Assembly (NCBI GenBank): GCA_964635345.1
Contig: CAZWOX010000011.1
Coordinates: 13,213 to 77,212, forward strand
Length of the DNA: 64,000 bases
Source: an uncultured Nitrospira sp.
GTDB lineage: Bacteria; Nitrospirota; Nitrospiria; Nitrospirales; Nitrospiraceae
Direction: 5' to 3'
Positions 1-9,836 of this stretch are shown one piece after another. Numbering within the stretch: position 1 is the stretch's first letter; each line of letters opens with the position of its first letter. The notes beneath the pieces are model-generated. The model was given only the letters and a program-made list of their open reading frames with translations. It had not been told where the DNA came from and made no database searches. A program made the position numbers and the translations under genes.

Positions 1-47
1 TCTCCGAAAAATACAGAGCCGGTCGTGACAAACCTCTTTTTATCTCC

Positions 48-938
48 ATGAACATTAAGGACTATCTCGAACAAAAGCGGATCGCAGTGGATCGCTTCCT
101 GGATGAAGTGAGCCCCCCGGCTACGACGCCGCCGACGACGTTGCACGAGAGCATGCGCTATAGCCTCATGGCGGGGGGCAAGCGGGGGCGGCCGATTCTG
201 ACGATTGCTGCGGCGGAAGCCTTGGGGACGACGCCACCCGGACTGATGGCCGTCGCCTGCTCGCTGGAATTCATCCACACCTATTCGCTGATTCACGACG
301 ATTTGCCCTCGATGGATAACGACGATTTCCGCCGCGGCAAACCGACGAACCACAAAGTCTACGGCGAAGCGATGGCGATCCTCGCAGGCGATGCGCTGCT
401 GACCATGGCGTTCGATCTCTGCAGCCGGCCCGATCTGATGAAGGGCTGCGATCCAGTCCGGCAGGTCCGATTGATTCAAGAGTTGGCCTACGGCTCCGGC
501 AACATGGGCATGGTCGGCGGCCAGGTGTTCGATATCCAGGCCGAGAACAAAGACATCGATCTGCCGACGCTCCAAAACATTCACAAACACAAGACCGGCA
601 TGTTGATTCGCGCCGCGGTGCGCATGGGCGCGATTGCCGCAGGCGCCAGCGACCGCCAACTCGACGAGATGACCGGCTACGCGGAAGACATCGGCCTGGC
701 CTTCCAGATCGCCGACGATGTCTTGAACGTGACCGGCACGCGCGAAGAACTCGGCAAAAACCCCAACACGGACGCCGAACGCGGCAAGAAAACCTACCCC
801 ACGTTTTACGGCGTGGACGGCGCGAAGAAACTGGCGGACGACTGCGTCGCCCGCGCGATCAATCGCTTGTCATCCTTCGGTCCGTCGGCCGATCCGCTTC
901 GTGAAATCGCGCGGTATATTACCTCGCGCAAAAACTGA
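48..938 (+). CDS. ispA: Polyprenyl (farnesyl/geranylgeranyl) diphosphate synthase
   Basis: GGKR motif, first Asp-rich motif SLIHDDLPSMDNDDFRRG, KTG motif, second motif FQIADDVL. Confidence 0.93.
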   Translation: MNIKDYLEQKRIAVDRFLDEVSPPATTPPTTLHESMRYSLMAGGKRGRPILTIAAAEALGTTPPGLMAVACSLEFIHTYSLIHDDLPSMDNDDFRRGKPTNHKVYGEAMAILAGDALLTMAFDLCSRPDLMKGCDPVRQVRLIQELAYGSGNMGMVGGQVFDIQAENKDIDLPTLQNIHKHKTGMLIRAAVRMGAIAAGASDRQLDEMTGYAEDIGLAFQIADDVLNVTGTREELGKNPNTDAERGKKTYPTFYGVDGAKKLADDCVARAINRLSSFGPSADPLREIARYITSRKN

Positions 939-1032
939 TGTGATGAGTGATCCGTGATGGGTGACGAGTGAAATGACGTTGCGCGCCAGCCTAATTTTCC
1001 AACACATTACACATCACGCATTACGCATCACT
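939..1032. repeat. Inverted pair of 7-bp tandem repeats (GTGATGR...YCATCAC) forming an intergenic hairpin
   Basis: tgtgatgagtgatccgtgatgggtgacgagtga ... cattacacatcacgcattacgcatcact. Confidence 0.75.
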
Positions 1033-1037
1033 TCCTT

Positions 1038-2021
1038 ATGAAGGCTCTCGTCACCGGCGCCACCGGATTTGTCGGCTCAGCGGTTGTTCGCGCGCTGATC
1101 AAGACCGGCATGGACGTTCGCGTGCTGGCCCGCCGCGACAGCGACTTCACCAATCTGCAGCAGTGTAAGATCGACGGCGCCTACGGCGATCTGCGCGACA
1201 AGGAATCGCTGCGCAAGGCGCTCGCCGGATGCCGGCAGCTCTATCATGTGGCCGCACACTACGCCTTATGGGCGAGAAACCCGTCGATCTTTTATGATGT
1301 GAACGTGACCGGCACGAAAAATCTGCTGGAAGCCGCGCGGGACGTCGGCACGGAACGCATCGTCTATTGCAGCACCATCGGCGCAATCGGGTTACCACCG
1401 GATGGAGGACTAGGCACCGAAGAAACCCCGGTGTCACTCGAACAAATGGCCGGCCACTACAAACAGTCGAAGTACCTGGCTGAGCAGGAGGTCCTGAAAC
1501 TGGCGAAGCAGGGGCTGCCGGTCGTGATCGTGAATCCCAGCGCGCCGGTCGGCGAAGGCGATGTGAAGCCGACCCCCACTGGACAAATGATCGTCGAGTT
1601 CATGAAAGGCCGTATGCCGGCCTATATTGAAACGGGTATGAATATCGTCGATGTCGACGACGTGGCCGCCGGACACCTGCTCGCCATGCAGAAGGGACGT
1701 ATCGGCGAACGCTATATTCTCGGCACGAAAAATCTGATGCTGCGGGATATCTTCGAGATCTTGAGCCGCTTGACCGGCGTCGCAATGCCGTCGGTGAAAC
1801 TTCCGCGCGAACTCATTTTGCCCCTCGCCTATCTGAACCTGGCCTTCTCCTGGATCACCGGCATCCCCCCGCGCATTCCGCTGGAGGGCGTGAAGATGGC
1901 CAAATACAAGATGCACTACGATTGCAGCAAGGCCATCCGCGAACTCGGGATCCCGCAAACACCGCCGGAAGTCGCGCTCGAAAAAGCGGTGCGATGGTTC
2001 AAAGACCACGGCTACGCTTAA
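1038..2021 (+). CDS. hpnA: Hopanoid-associated NAD-dependent sugar epimerase/dehydratase (HpnA-like)
   Basis: TGATGFVG Rossmann motif, YxxxK (YKQSK), VNPSAPVGEGDVKPTPTG typical of HpnA; next to a prenyl synthase. Confidence 0.85.
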   Translation: MKALVTGATGFVGSAVVRALIKTGMDVRVLARRDSDFTNLQQCKIDGAYGDLRDKESLRKALAGCRQLYHVAAHYALWARNPSIFYDVNVTGTKNLLEAARDVGTERIVYCSTIGAIGLPPDGGLGTEETPVSLEQMAGHYKQSKYLAEQEVLKLAKQGLPVVIVNPSAPVGEGDVKPTPTGQMIVEFMKGRMPAYIETGMNIVDVDDVAAGHLLAMQKGRIGERYILGTKNLMLRDIFEILSRLTGVAMPSVKLPRELILPLAYLNLAFSWITGIPPRIPLEGVKMAKYKMHYDCSKAIRELGIPQTPPEVALEKAVRWFKDHGYA

Positions 2022-2026
2022 AGACT

Positions 2027-2146
2027 GTGATGGGTGACGCGTGATGCGTGATCAGTTTAGGGAAAGCCCGTCCAGGAAATCATGGCCAGGTTCTGCGCAC
2101 TTTTGTCTCGCTGCTTGCCCATCACCCATCACTCATCACTCATCAC
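2027..2146. repeat. Inverted pair of 7-bp tandem repeats
   Basis: gtgatgggtgacgcgtgatgcgtgatc ... ccatcacccatcactcatcactcatcac. Confidence 0.8.
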
Positions 2147-2153
2147 ACTTCTG

Positions 2154-2978
2154 ATGGATTTCCCCCTCCTCCTTATTAAGACCATCATCTTTCGTCCCTA
2201 TGTGTTCGTCTTCCTGGCGGCCTTTCTCTTTTCCGCGATCCAGCTGATTGGCTGGCCTCGCACCTGGCGCTTCTGGCTGATCAGTTGGGCCACGGCTTTC
2301 GTCTGTGAATTCTCCTCGACGCGCACAGGCATCCCGTTCGGCTGGTACCACTACAACGGTTCGACCGTCGGCCAGGAGTTGTATTTCTCCAATATCCCCT
2401 TCATGGATTCAATCTCGTTCAGTTTTCTGCTCTACGCGGCCTATTGCCTGACCCTGTGCTTCCTACTCCCGAAAACGAGTGAACCCGTGGCGCCGACTTG
2501 GTTGGCCCCATTACGACTTGACCGCGATGCGCGAACCGGCTGGACCGCCCTGCTTCTCACCGCGTTTCTGTTCGCTTTTATCGACATGGTCATCGATCCA
2601 GTCGCGCTCCGCGGTGATCGCTGGTTCCTCGGGAAAATCTACTACTACCCCGATCCCGGCTGGCATTTCGGCGTTCCCTTCGCCAACTATGTCGGATGGG
2701 CCGTCGTCGGGCTGATTTCGCTGTCGATCTATTTCCCGCTTGATCGTCGTCTCCCGTCTCTCGGCGCGATCGAACTCCTGTCTGCAACTCCTCGCCTCCT
2801 CCTAGGCGTGGGCCTCTACTATGGGGTATTGGCTTTCAATCTTTGCGTGACCTTCTGGATCGGGGAAGATCTGCTCGGCATGACCGGCACCCTGATGTAT
2901 GTCCCGGTCACCGTCTTGCTCCTAATCCGACTGCTCTATCACCCGACCACCGCTCCCGATCACAAGCCCGGGCAGTAG
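2154..2978 (+). CDS. Carotenoid biosynthesis membrane protein (CruF/DUF422-like)
   Basis: Multi-TM protein; TGIPFGWYHY, DMVIDPVA and GVPFANYVGW motifs; start moved to ATG 2154 because the longer ORF runs through the repeat. Confidence 0.75.
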   Translation: MDFPLLLIKTIIFRPYVFVFLAAFLFSAIQLIGWPRTWRFWLISWATAFVCEFSSTRTGIPFGWYHYNGSTVGQELYFSNIPFMDSISFSFLLYAAYCLTLCFLLPKTSEPVAPTWLAPLRLDRDARTGWTALLLTAFLFAFIDMVIDPVALRGDRWFLGKIYYYPDPGWHFGVPFANYVGWAVVGLISLSIYFPLDRRLPSLGAIELLSATPRLLLGVGLYYGVLAFNLCVTFWIGEDLLGMTGTLMYVPVTVLLLIRLLYHPTTAPDHKPGQ

Positions 2979-3022
2979 CATTGACCGGCGAGACTTTGTA
3001 TAGTGAACGAACGGAGAAGCTG

Positions 3023-3643
3023 ATGCGCGCAAAACTCATCACCATACTGGTCATCGGCATCATCGGGACTCTGGCGTTGCTGGGCTGGTTCGGCTATCAG
3101 TCGTTCACGACCGGGTTCAGCGCCAAAGCCGAGCCCCATGCGCTCGAAGTGTTCATGGCCCGGCAGGTCCGCTATCTGGCAATCCCGCTTGAACATCGCA
3201 ATAAACCCAATCCCGTGCCGGTGACTCCGGAGGTGCTGCAAGATGGATTGGCGCACTTTGCCGATCACTGCGCCACCTGCCACGCGAACAACGGCAGCGG
3301 CCAAACGCCGATCGGGAAAAATGTCTATCCCAAAGCGCCGGATCTGCGCGAATCACCGACCCAGACCATGTCGGACGGCGAACTTTTCTGGGTGATTCAT
3401 AATGGCATTCGTTTTACGGCCATGCCGGCCTGGGGCGAAGGCGATCCGGAACAGGATCTCGACAGTTGGAAACTCGTGCATTTCATTCGCCATTTGCCGA
3501 AACTCACGCCTCAGGAATTGGGCACGATGAAGTCGCTCAATCCCAAGTCGAAACATGCGTCTGACGAGGAAGCGGCGTTCGACAAATTCCTCCAGGGAGA
3601 CGATTCAGCGGCAAGTCCGTCAGAAACCGGTCATCATCACTAA
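3023..3643 (+). CDS. Membrane-anchored c-type cytochrome
   Basis: N-terminal TM, CATCH heme motif, APDL...SDGELFWVIHNGIRFTAMPAW, C-terminal GHHH. Confidence 0.88.
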   Translation: MRAKLITILVIGIIGTLALLGWFGYQSFTTGFSAKAEPHALEVFMARQVRYLAIPLEHRNKPNPVPVTPEVLQDGLAHFADHCATCHANNGSGQTPIGKNVYPKAPDLRESPTQTMSDGELFWVIHNGIRFTAMPAWGEGDPEQDLDSWKLVHFIRHLPKLTPQELGTMKSLNPKSKHASDEEAAFDKFLQGDDSAASPSETGHHH

Positions 3644-3671
3644 TTCTTTTCATCAGGAGCTGGGACCTACC

Positions 3672-4010
3672 ATGATTCGACATTTCTTCTTGGCCTGCGC
3701 ACTCGTCCTGACCTCTTCCGCCGCTTGGGCCCACGGCTCAGGCCATCATGTGCTGGGCACCGTCACCGCGATCGACGGCACCCATATCGAAGTCAAAACG
3801 CCCACGGGCGCTATGGTCACCGTGATGCTGGCCAAGCAGACCCACTTCAAGGCAAAGGGCGATCCGTCGTCGGCCGAGCCGCCGACCATCGGCGATCGCG
3901 TGGTGATCGAAGCGACGATGGAAAAGAATACGTTGACGGCGGCAGAGGTGCATTACTCCGCGGCGAAGAAAGCGGCGGCGGCCGCCCCGCAGGCGCCTGC
4001 TGCGCAATAG
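3672..4010 (+). CDS. Small exported OB-fold-like protein with His-rich mature N-terminus
   Basis: Signal peptide ending AWA, then HGSGHH; GTVTAID...GDRVVIEA pattern; RBS aggag upstream. Confidence 0.7.
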   Translation: MIRHFFLACALVLTSSAAWAHGSGHHVLGTVTAIDGTHIEVKTPTGAMVTVMLAKQTHFKAKGDPSSAEPPTIGDRVVIEATMEKNTLTAAEVHYSAAKKAAAAAPQAPAAQ

Positions 4011-4023
4011 AGAGCCCGCCGAC

Positions 4024-4479
4024 ATGGAAAGGATTCGGATCTCCCGCTTTGCGCAGGCCTCACCCTTCCACGGAGGGCTGCGGGCCGCGCTCACCCGGAT
4101 AGTGACGACCGGCGTTGCCGTCTTTCTGGCCGTAGCCATCGTGCCCGGCATCGAAGCCTCGACCCTGACGGCAGGCGTGGCCGCCGTCCTGGTGCTGACC
4201 TTTCTGAATCTCATCCTGCGGCCGATCCTCCTGGTTCTCACGCTTCCGCTGATCGTCCTGTCGCTGGGGCTGTTCCTCGTGATCGTGAACGCCCTGCTGC
4301 TGGAATTCACCGCCTATCTCGTAAAAGATTTTACGGTGTCGGGATTTTGGCCCGCCGTCGGGGGCGCGCTGGTCATCAGCATCGTCACCGGCATCCTGAA
4401 CATGCGGCGACTCGAACCGCCGCCGGTCGAGCAGGTCATCGTCGACCGCCGCGCGCCGAAAATTATCAATCCAGAGTAA
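4024..4479 (+). CDS. 4-TM membrane protein, phage-holin superfamily IV / YvlD-like
   Basis: LNLILRPILLVLTLPLIVLSLGLFLVIVNALLL...VSGFWPAVGGALVISIV. Confidence 0.82.
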   Translation: MERIRISRFAQASPFHGGLRAALTRIVTTGVAVFLAVAIVPGIEASTLTAGVAAVLVLTFLNLILRPILLVLTLPLIVLSLGLFLVIVNALLLEFTAYLVKDFTVSGFWPAVGGALVISIVTGILNMRRLEPPPVEQVIVDRRAPKIINPE

Positions 4480-4554
4480 AGTATCCACGCCCGTGTCATT
4501 GCATCACCCCTCCATCGTTGCTAGAATGCACTCCCTTAATCGAGAACGCTATCC

Positions 4555-6381
4555 ATGACCATGCCTGCGCCGCAATCGAAACAGAACGCTGAAACCCATT
4601 TACAACGGACGTTGAATACCGCCCTGAATGAATTGGGGACGGATTCGGCGCTCGCCGCCATTTTCCACCAGGCGCAGGGGCCGCTCGTCGGCCATGCGTC
4701 CCGCGGCTTTACTCCTCGCGATGTGCAGGCCATCCTGCGGACGCTCTCGACCCAGGCTGCGGCGGTCCAGACCGCGCCGCAAGACCAGGATGCCGGCCGC
4801 ACCGTCCGCCTGCGCCTCATTACGCCCGGAGCCAAATCGCTGCTCGGCATGCCGCTCCGCCACCGCCAGCGCACCTACGGCTTTCTGATCATCGCGCGAA
4901 AGGAAAACGCCACCTTCGCCAAGAAGGAAAAAGGCCTGATCGAACAGGCCGGCGACGACATTACCAAAGCCCTGGAACGCGAAGGCCTGTTCGATATGAA
5001 TATGGTGCTGAGCCGCCCCTATGTGTCGCGCGAGCCGGCGCCGGCCGCACCGGCGGTGTCCGAGATGTTTACCGCGCCGACCGCGCAATTCACGCCCGAG
5101 TTGGAAGAAAAAATCGTCAAGGTTTTGGAAGAAGCGAGCCAATACACGACATATGACCGGGCCTGGGCCTGCTATTACGATCCCCTGGCGGGCAGCATGG
5201 AAGTGCTCGGCGTAGCCGGCGATCAAAAGAGCGAGAAAGACAGCAAAAAGGATATGCGTGCCGGGCACCGTCTCACCCTCGACAGCTCGGCATCGGGATG
5301 GGCCGTCAGGCACCGGAAGCCACGAGTCGATCATGACCTGGCCTCGACTCAAGGGCGTTTTCTCGACCATAAGCATCTCTACAAAGACCGGTTCGTCTCC
5401 TCGCTCGTGGTCCCGTTCTTTGTCCGCGGACAGGTCGGTGGAACACTGACCCTCGGGTCGAAAGAAGCCGGACGGTACCAAACCACCGATGCTCGCACAC
5501 TCGAGCCGATCATTCTCAAGCTGGCCGACCTGCTTCAGGCGCCCCCGGCACCGGTGGCCGCCCAAGTGGCCCAACCCGAAGCCGGATCCGATAACGCCGT
5601 TGCCCCCGCGGCAGCGCCGACAATCCTGGAACCGGTGATCCGTAAACAGGAACGGCAGGCCGCCATCGGAGAGTTCAGCGCCTTCCTCGCCACTGAAATC
5701 CGGGAGCCGATCGGAGCCATCCGTTCTCAGCTGGAAGAAGTGACGGCCGAAGGCATTCTTGATTTCGACCCGCAAACCCGCGTCGAAAACGCCATGCGCG
5801 ATTTGATCCGGGTCGAAGCCATCCTGAACGAAATCCTCGACTTCGCGAAACCGCTTGAACTGAACCGGCGCCTCTGCCGCATTCCGGAAGTGCTCGAGAG
5901 CGCGTTGGTGGTGGTGGGCACCGACTTAGAAGTGACTCGCATTCAGGTCACCAAAGACTATGCGACACAGATCGCCCCGGTGCGCGGCGATGAAGCGAAA
6001 CTCCAGCAGGTCTTCCTGAGTATCTTCAAGAATGCCGGCGAGGCCATGACTCCCGGCGGCCACCTACATATTCAGGTCACCCAACATCGCGCCGGCCGCG
6101 GCATTGAGGTGCAGATTCTGATCAAGAACGACGGCGCCCCCATCCCGGCTGAAATTCTCGACAAAGTCTTCGAACCGTTCTTTACCACGAAGCGCTCCGG
6201 GACCGGCCTGGGTCTCGCGACCGTCAAAAAAATCATCGAAGAGCATGGTGGATCGATTACCATCGCCAGCGCCCCCGGCGAAGGCACCACGCTGACGATT
6301 CGCCTCGCAGGCGTGAGCCGCGGACCGGCCTTCCGCCACCGCGGGCGGGGACGACGACCGGCGCGCCGCCCTACGGCCTAG
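4555..6381 (+). CDS. GAF-domain sensor histidine-kinase-like protein with degenerate H-box
   Basis: Two GAF-like regions; HATPase motifs FEPFFTTK, GTGLGL, GEGTT; H-box reads ATEIREP rather than AHEIRNP. Confidence 0.85.
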   Translation: MTMPAPQSKQNAETHLQRTLNTALNELGTDSALAAIFHQAQGPLVGHASRGFTPRDVQAILRTLSTQAAAVQTAPQDQDAGRTVRLRLITPGAKSLLGMPLRHRQRTYGFLIIARKENATFAKKEKGLIEQAGDDITKALEREGLFDMNMVLSRPYVSREPAPAAPAVSEMFTAPTAQFTPELEEKIVKVLEEASQYTTYDRAWACYYDPLAGSMEVLGVAGDQKSEKDSKKDMRAGHRLTLDSSASGWAVRHRKPRVDHDLASTQGRFLDHKHLYKDRFVSSLVVPFFVRGQVGGTLTLGSKEAGRYQTTDARTLEPIILKLADLLQAPPAPVAAQVAQPEAGSDNAVAPAAAPTILEPVIRKQERQAAIGEFSAFLATEIREPIGAIRSQLEEVTAEGILDFDPQTRVENAMRDLIRVEAILNEILDFAKPLELNRRLCRIPEVLESALVVVGTDLEVTRIQVTKDYATQIAPVRGDEAKLQQVFLSIFKNAGEAMTPGGHLHIQVTQHRAGRGIEVQILIKNDGAPIPAEILDKVFEPFFTTKRSGTGLGLATVKKIIEEHGGSITIASAPGEGTTLTIRLAGVSRGPAFRHRGRGRRPARRPTA

Positions 6382-6607
6382 CCTCTCATAGCCGCTATCG
6401 ACTCTTCTCGTCGGCAGATGGCCATTGCTCCGGTCTGGCGACTCCTTTCAGTAGGATAGTTCCCCCCGCACCATGAATCTTGGCTTCGCTTTCTCGCTTG
6501 ACAGAGATACCCCCCCATCGCTATGATCGCCCCCACTTGATTCGGCCTAAGAAATTCACTGTTTTTAAACGTATTTTTTCTAGTCACCATTTTCAAAGGA
6601 GTAGGGT

Positions 6608-6973
6608 ATGAAGCTCGTACTCGGCACTATTGCGACATTGTCCGGTGTGCTTTTCACGTTGTCGTTGGCCTCCGCCAACCCCGCGCTGCTCCCTAAGCAC
6701 GAGGGCTATCCGATGAAGAACAGCGGCAGCCCCGTCAATGGCCAACCAACGGCCAATGACCCAGGTCAGTCCGATGCCCGTGGCGAAGCGACCCTGCTCA
6801 AGTCCGCGGACTCCATCAAGAGCGCCCAACAGAACCTGGCCAAGACCGACAATGACCGGATCGTCGAGAGCGCCGGAGCCGGACGACTCCCGAAGGTGCA
6901 AGGTCCCCAGATCCAGATTGCGCCGCCGGTGACCTCCGCCACCAAGATCGGCGCGGATCGCAAGATCGAGTAG
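6608..6973 (+). CDS. Exported hypothetical protein
   Basis: Strong RBS aaggag, signal peptide ending ASA, followed by a terminator. Confidence 0.75.
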   Translation: MKLVLGTIATLSGVLFTLSLASANPALLPKHEGYPMKNSGSPVNGQPTANDPGQSDARGEATLLKSADSIKSAQQNLAKTDNDRIVESAGAGRLPKVQGPQIQIAPPVTSATKIGADRKIE

Positions 6974-6992
6974 TCGAACCGTTATCGCCTAC

Positions 6993-7036
6993 ACAACGGG
7001 GTCGTCGTAGCAATACGACGGCCCCGTTGTATTTTG
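6993..7036 (+). terminator. Intrinsic terminator (possibly bidirectional)
   Basis: acaacggggtcgtcgta-gcaa-tacgacggccccgttgt stem then atttt; lies between convergent genes. Confidence 0.8.
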
Positions 7037-7073
7037 GCCCCTATCTCTACAAGCTTCATCGCCTCCTTGATGC

Positions 7074-7658
7074 CTACTCCTTGCCTCGCCTTGGCTTCGC
7101 ATTCACCGCCCGGTGCAATCGAAACCGCCAGGGCTTCTTAGCCCATTCACCGGCATAGTCGACGCCGATTCTGGGAAGCGCCGCAACCTGCCCGCGCGTG
7201 ATCCGGCCTCCTCGATCTTCAAACCAGAGAGACTCCTGAATCGTCAGGTCGATCCGGTTCAAACTCCGGTCGATCTGCAAGTCGCGGCAGAGCCGCCCCG
7301 GGCCGTCGATCAAAACTCCATCGACTTCAATCGCCCGAATCAACACGGCCGCGGGAAACTCTTCCCGCTCCGTCACGACATTCAAACAGTGATACATCCC
7401 ATAGATAAGATACACATAGGCCATGCCGCCCGGACCGAACATCACCTCGGTTCTTTGCGTTTTCCCTTTGGACGCATGGCAGGCCTTATCGCGTGGACCG
7501 ACATAGGCTTCTACTTCGATAATCTTTCCCGCGATCTCGCGCCCGTCAATGAACCGGACGAGATACTTGCCGATCAATGACCGAGCGACCTGAACGGTGG
7601 GACGAGAGAAGTATGCTTGCGAGAGAATGTTTCGGCGTATCCCCATTGCAACCTTCAT
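7074..7658 (-). CDS. DNA-3-methyladenine glycosylase (MPG/AAG family)
   Basis: IIEVEAYVG..DKACH, YVYLIYGMYHCLNVV, AVLIRA, GPGRLC, PRIGV; start placed outside the adjacent repeat element. Confidence 0.92.
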   Translation of the reverse strand: MKVAMGIRRNILSQAYFSRPTVQVARSLIGKYLVRFIDGREIAGKIIEVEAYVGPRDKACHASKGKTQRTEVMFGPGGMAYVYLIYGMYHCLNVVTEREEFPAAVLIRAIEVDGVLIDGPGRLCRDLQIDRSLNRIDLTIQESLWFEDRGGRITRGQVAALPRIGVDYAGEWAKKPWRFRLHRAVNAKPRRGKE

Positions 7659-7783
7659 ATGCCTGCTCAAAACGTCTTCTGACAAGGCCGCAGGCGACGA
7701 AAGCACCGGAGGCGTACCCTCAGGGGTACGTTGAGGATGCTTTCGAGCCGAGAACGCCGTGAGAAGACGTTTTCAGCAGGCAT
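7659..7783. mobile_element. 125-bp MITE/REP-like element with 22-bp terminal inverted repeats
   Basis: ATGCCTGCTCAAAACGTCTTCT ... AGAAGACGTTTTCAGCAGGCAT (1 mismatch); internal hairpin cgtaccctcaggggtacg; no transposase. Confidence 0.72.
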
Positions 7784-9829
7784 TTAAAAGTACCAGGCTA
7801 GACCGCCCATGAAAGTCCGCGGATTCCCCGGCACAAAGTGAATGTCGGTCACGGACGCCGTTTCATTGCGCAACTGAGAGGAGAAGGCGAAGGTTGCCTG
7901 CTCCCATTTCGTATTGAACAGATTCTGGATGAACAGGAACGCCTCCATCCGACCATGCGGCAGCTTGATCGGCAGCTGATAGCGCTCCGATAGGTCGAAG
8001 TCGATCCAGGCCGGCGACTTGATGCTCCGGTCTTCGATCAACGGCCGCACGCCGAGATAGGTCGCTTGCAGTTGCGACGTCAGGCCTTCCGGCCACTTCA
8101 AGAGAAGCGCCCCATACGCTGTCACTTCAGGGGCTAAGGAAATGGCATCGCCGTTGCGGAATTCCGCCTTGGTCCAGGTCACACTCCCATTGAAATACAG
8201 CGGCCCCCACACCTGCCCTCGCGCAGCGACTTCCACGCCTTCCCGTCTGGTCGCCCCGCGAATGTCCGTCGTGCCTTCGTCACCGACAAAGACGAGTTCA
8301 GATTTCAGATCCAGCCGCCAGAGGGTCGCGATCAATTCCAACCCATCGGCGCCGAAGGGTTTCGACCGCACTCCCACCTCATAGCTTCTGGCCCGCGCCA
8401 GCGGCGAGGAGCCTGGCGCCACAGCCGACCGCGCATCGTTGCTGTGATAGCCCTCACCGTAGTTGGCAAACAACTCGGTGCTTGCCCAGGGCCCCAGGAT
8501 CAGATTTATTTTCGGCAGCACGACGCCCGAGTTCTTCCGGCCCGCCGGCTGTTCCGCACAGGTGGCACAGCGGTTACGCACATCAAACGTGAAGGTCTCT
8601 CCCCGAAGACCGCCCGCCAGCCGCAACCAGTTCGTCGGCTGAACTTCGGCTTTAACGAAGGGGGCATAGGAAGCTTCCAGAATGTCGGTGTCGGTAGTGG
8701 TACCGGTCATCACGCGCGTCGTCTGCGTCCCAAGCTTGGCATGAATGTCGTCCACCCTGGCTTGAAAGCCGATCGTTCCGATGGCCGGCAACCCGAACAC
8801 CTCACCCCGCTGTTTGTAGCCAAGATCGCCGCCGTACATGATGCGGTGGTCGGACTGGACAATCCCGTCACCGTTGACCGGATCGTTCTGGAAGAAGGTA
8901 AAGTTGGTATACAAATCCAGTTGATAGTGCTGGGCGTAGGCATTCGCGAAGAACTGCCCGCCGGACGTCGTGTCGTAGTGATATTTTAGCTTCGCCGTGC
9001 TCCTGGTGGTCTTACCGCCTTCCGATGGATCGATCGCCCCGAAGCGATCGAGAGAACCGTCATTGACGGCGCGCAACGGAATTTCGCCGGACGCATTCCA
9101 CTGGGCCTTGTGATAGGTCCCAGTAATGCTGAGCTCATCCCGGCCGGTGAGGTTCGTCGTCAACTTTCCAAACAGGTTGCTCCGAAAATACCGGTTGTCG
9201 TTTTGGAACGGGCCGTCGGTGTAATAGCCCTCTGCCGCGATGAGCGTGCGAATCTTCTCCGTCGTCGGAGAGAACATCAGGAGGTTCCGAGTGGTGCTTA
9301 ACTGCCCGCCCGCCAGTTGCACCACGCCTTCCTTCACCACATCGCGGGTGCGAAAGTTCACGGCCCCCGCCGTCGCAAAGTCTCCGTATTCGGGAAGATA
9401 GGCCCCCTTGTTCACATCCAGCCCTTCGATCGTTTCGGGAATGATGAAATTAAGGTCGGTATAGCCCTGCCCATGTCCATGAGAGCGTAGATTGATCGGC
9501 ATGCCGTCGGCAAAAAACGCGACATCGGTCCCATGATCGGCGTCGAATCCACGCAGGAAATACTGGTCCGCTTTCCCGGCGCCTCCGGAATGTTCCACGG
9601 CCAGAAATCCGGGAATCAAACGCAGGACCTGGGCCGGACGGCCTTGAGGCTGAAGGAGATATTCTTTATCGGGAATGAACTGCTGAGAAGAGGCCGCCAC
9701 CGGCCGCTCCCCGATCACCGAGACTTCCGGTATTTCGAGTTCCGGTGCATCGGGATCATGGGCATACGCGGGAGAAGGAATAAGCGCCGTCCAACACCAC
9801 ACCGCCACGAGAGCCTTCCGGGAAATCAC
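7784..9829 (-). CDS. TonB-dependent outer-membrane receptor, probably nickel-related
   Basis: Signal peptide; plug motif EHSGGAGKADQYFLRGFDADHGTD; NLFN...PGNPRTFMGGLAWYF C-terminus; 7 bp downstream of nikR. Confidence 0.92.
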   Translation of the reverse strand: MISRKALVAVWCWTALIPSPAYAHDPDAPELEIPEVSVIGERPVAASSQQFIPDKEYLLQPQGRPAQVLRLIPGFLAVEHSGGAGKADQYFLRGFDADHGTDVAFFADGMPINLRSHGHGQGYTDLNFIIPETIEGLDVNKGAYLPEYGDFATAGAVNFRTRDVVKEGVVQLAGGQLSTTRNLLMFSPTTEKIRTLIAAEGYYTDGPFQNDNRYFRSNLFGKLTTNLTGRDELSITGTYHKAQWNASGEIPLRAVNDGSLDRFGAIDPSEGGKTTRSTAKLKYHYDTTSGGQFFANAYAQHYQLDLYTNFTFFQNDPVNGDGIVQSDHRIMYGGDLGYKQRGEVFGLPAIGTIGFQARVDDIHAKLGTQTTRVMTGTTTDTDILEASYAPFVKAEVQPTNWLRLAGGLRGETFTFDVRNRCATCAEQPAGRKNSGVVLPKINLILGPWASTELFANYGEGYHSNDARSAVAPGSSPLARARSYEVGVRSKPFGADGLELIATLWRLDLKSELVFVGDEGTTDIRGATRREGVEVAARGQVWGPLYFNGSVTWTKAEFRNGDAISLAPEVTAYGALLLKWPEGLTSQLQATYLGVRPLIEDRSIKSPAWIDFDLSERYQLPIKLPHGRMEAFLFIQNLFNTKWEQATFAFSSQLRNETASVTDIHFVPGNPRTFMGGLAWYF

Positions 9830-9836
9830 GCGAGGC

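Noticed and set aside
4024-4479. Phage holin as evidence of a prophage
   Set aside because: This 4-TM family is common in chromosomes, and no phage structural, lysis or integrase genes are nearby.
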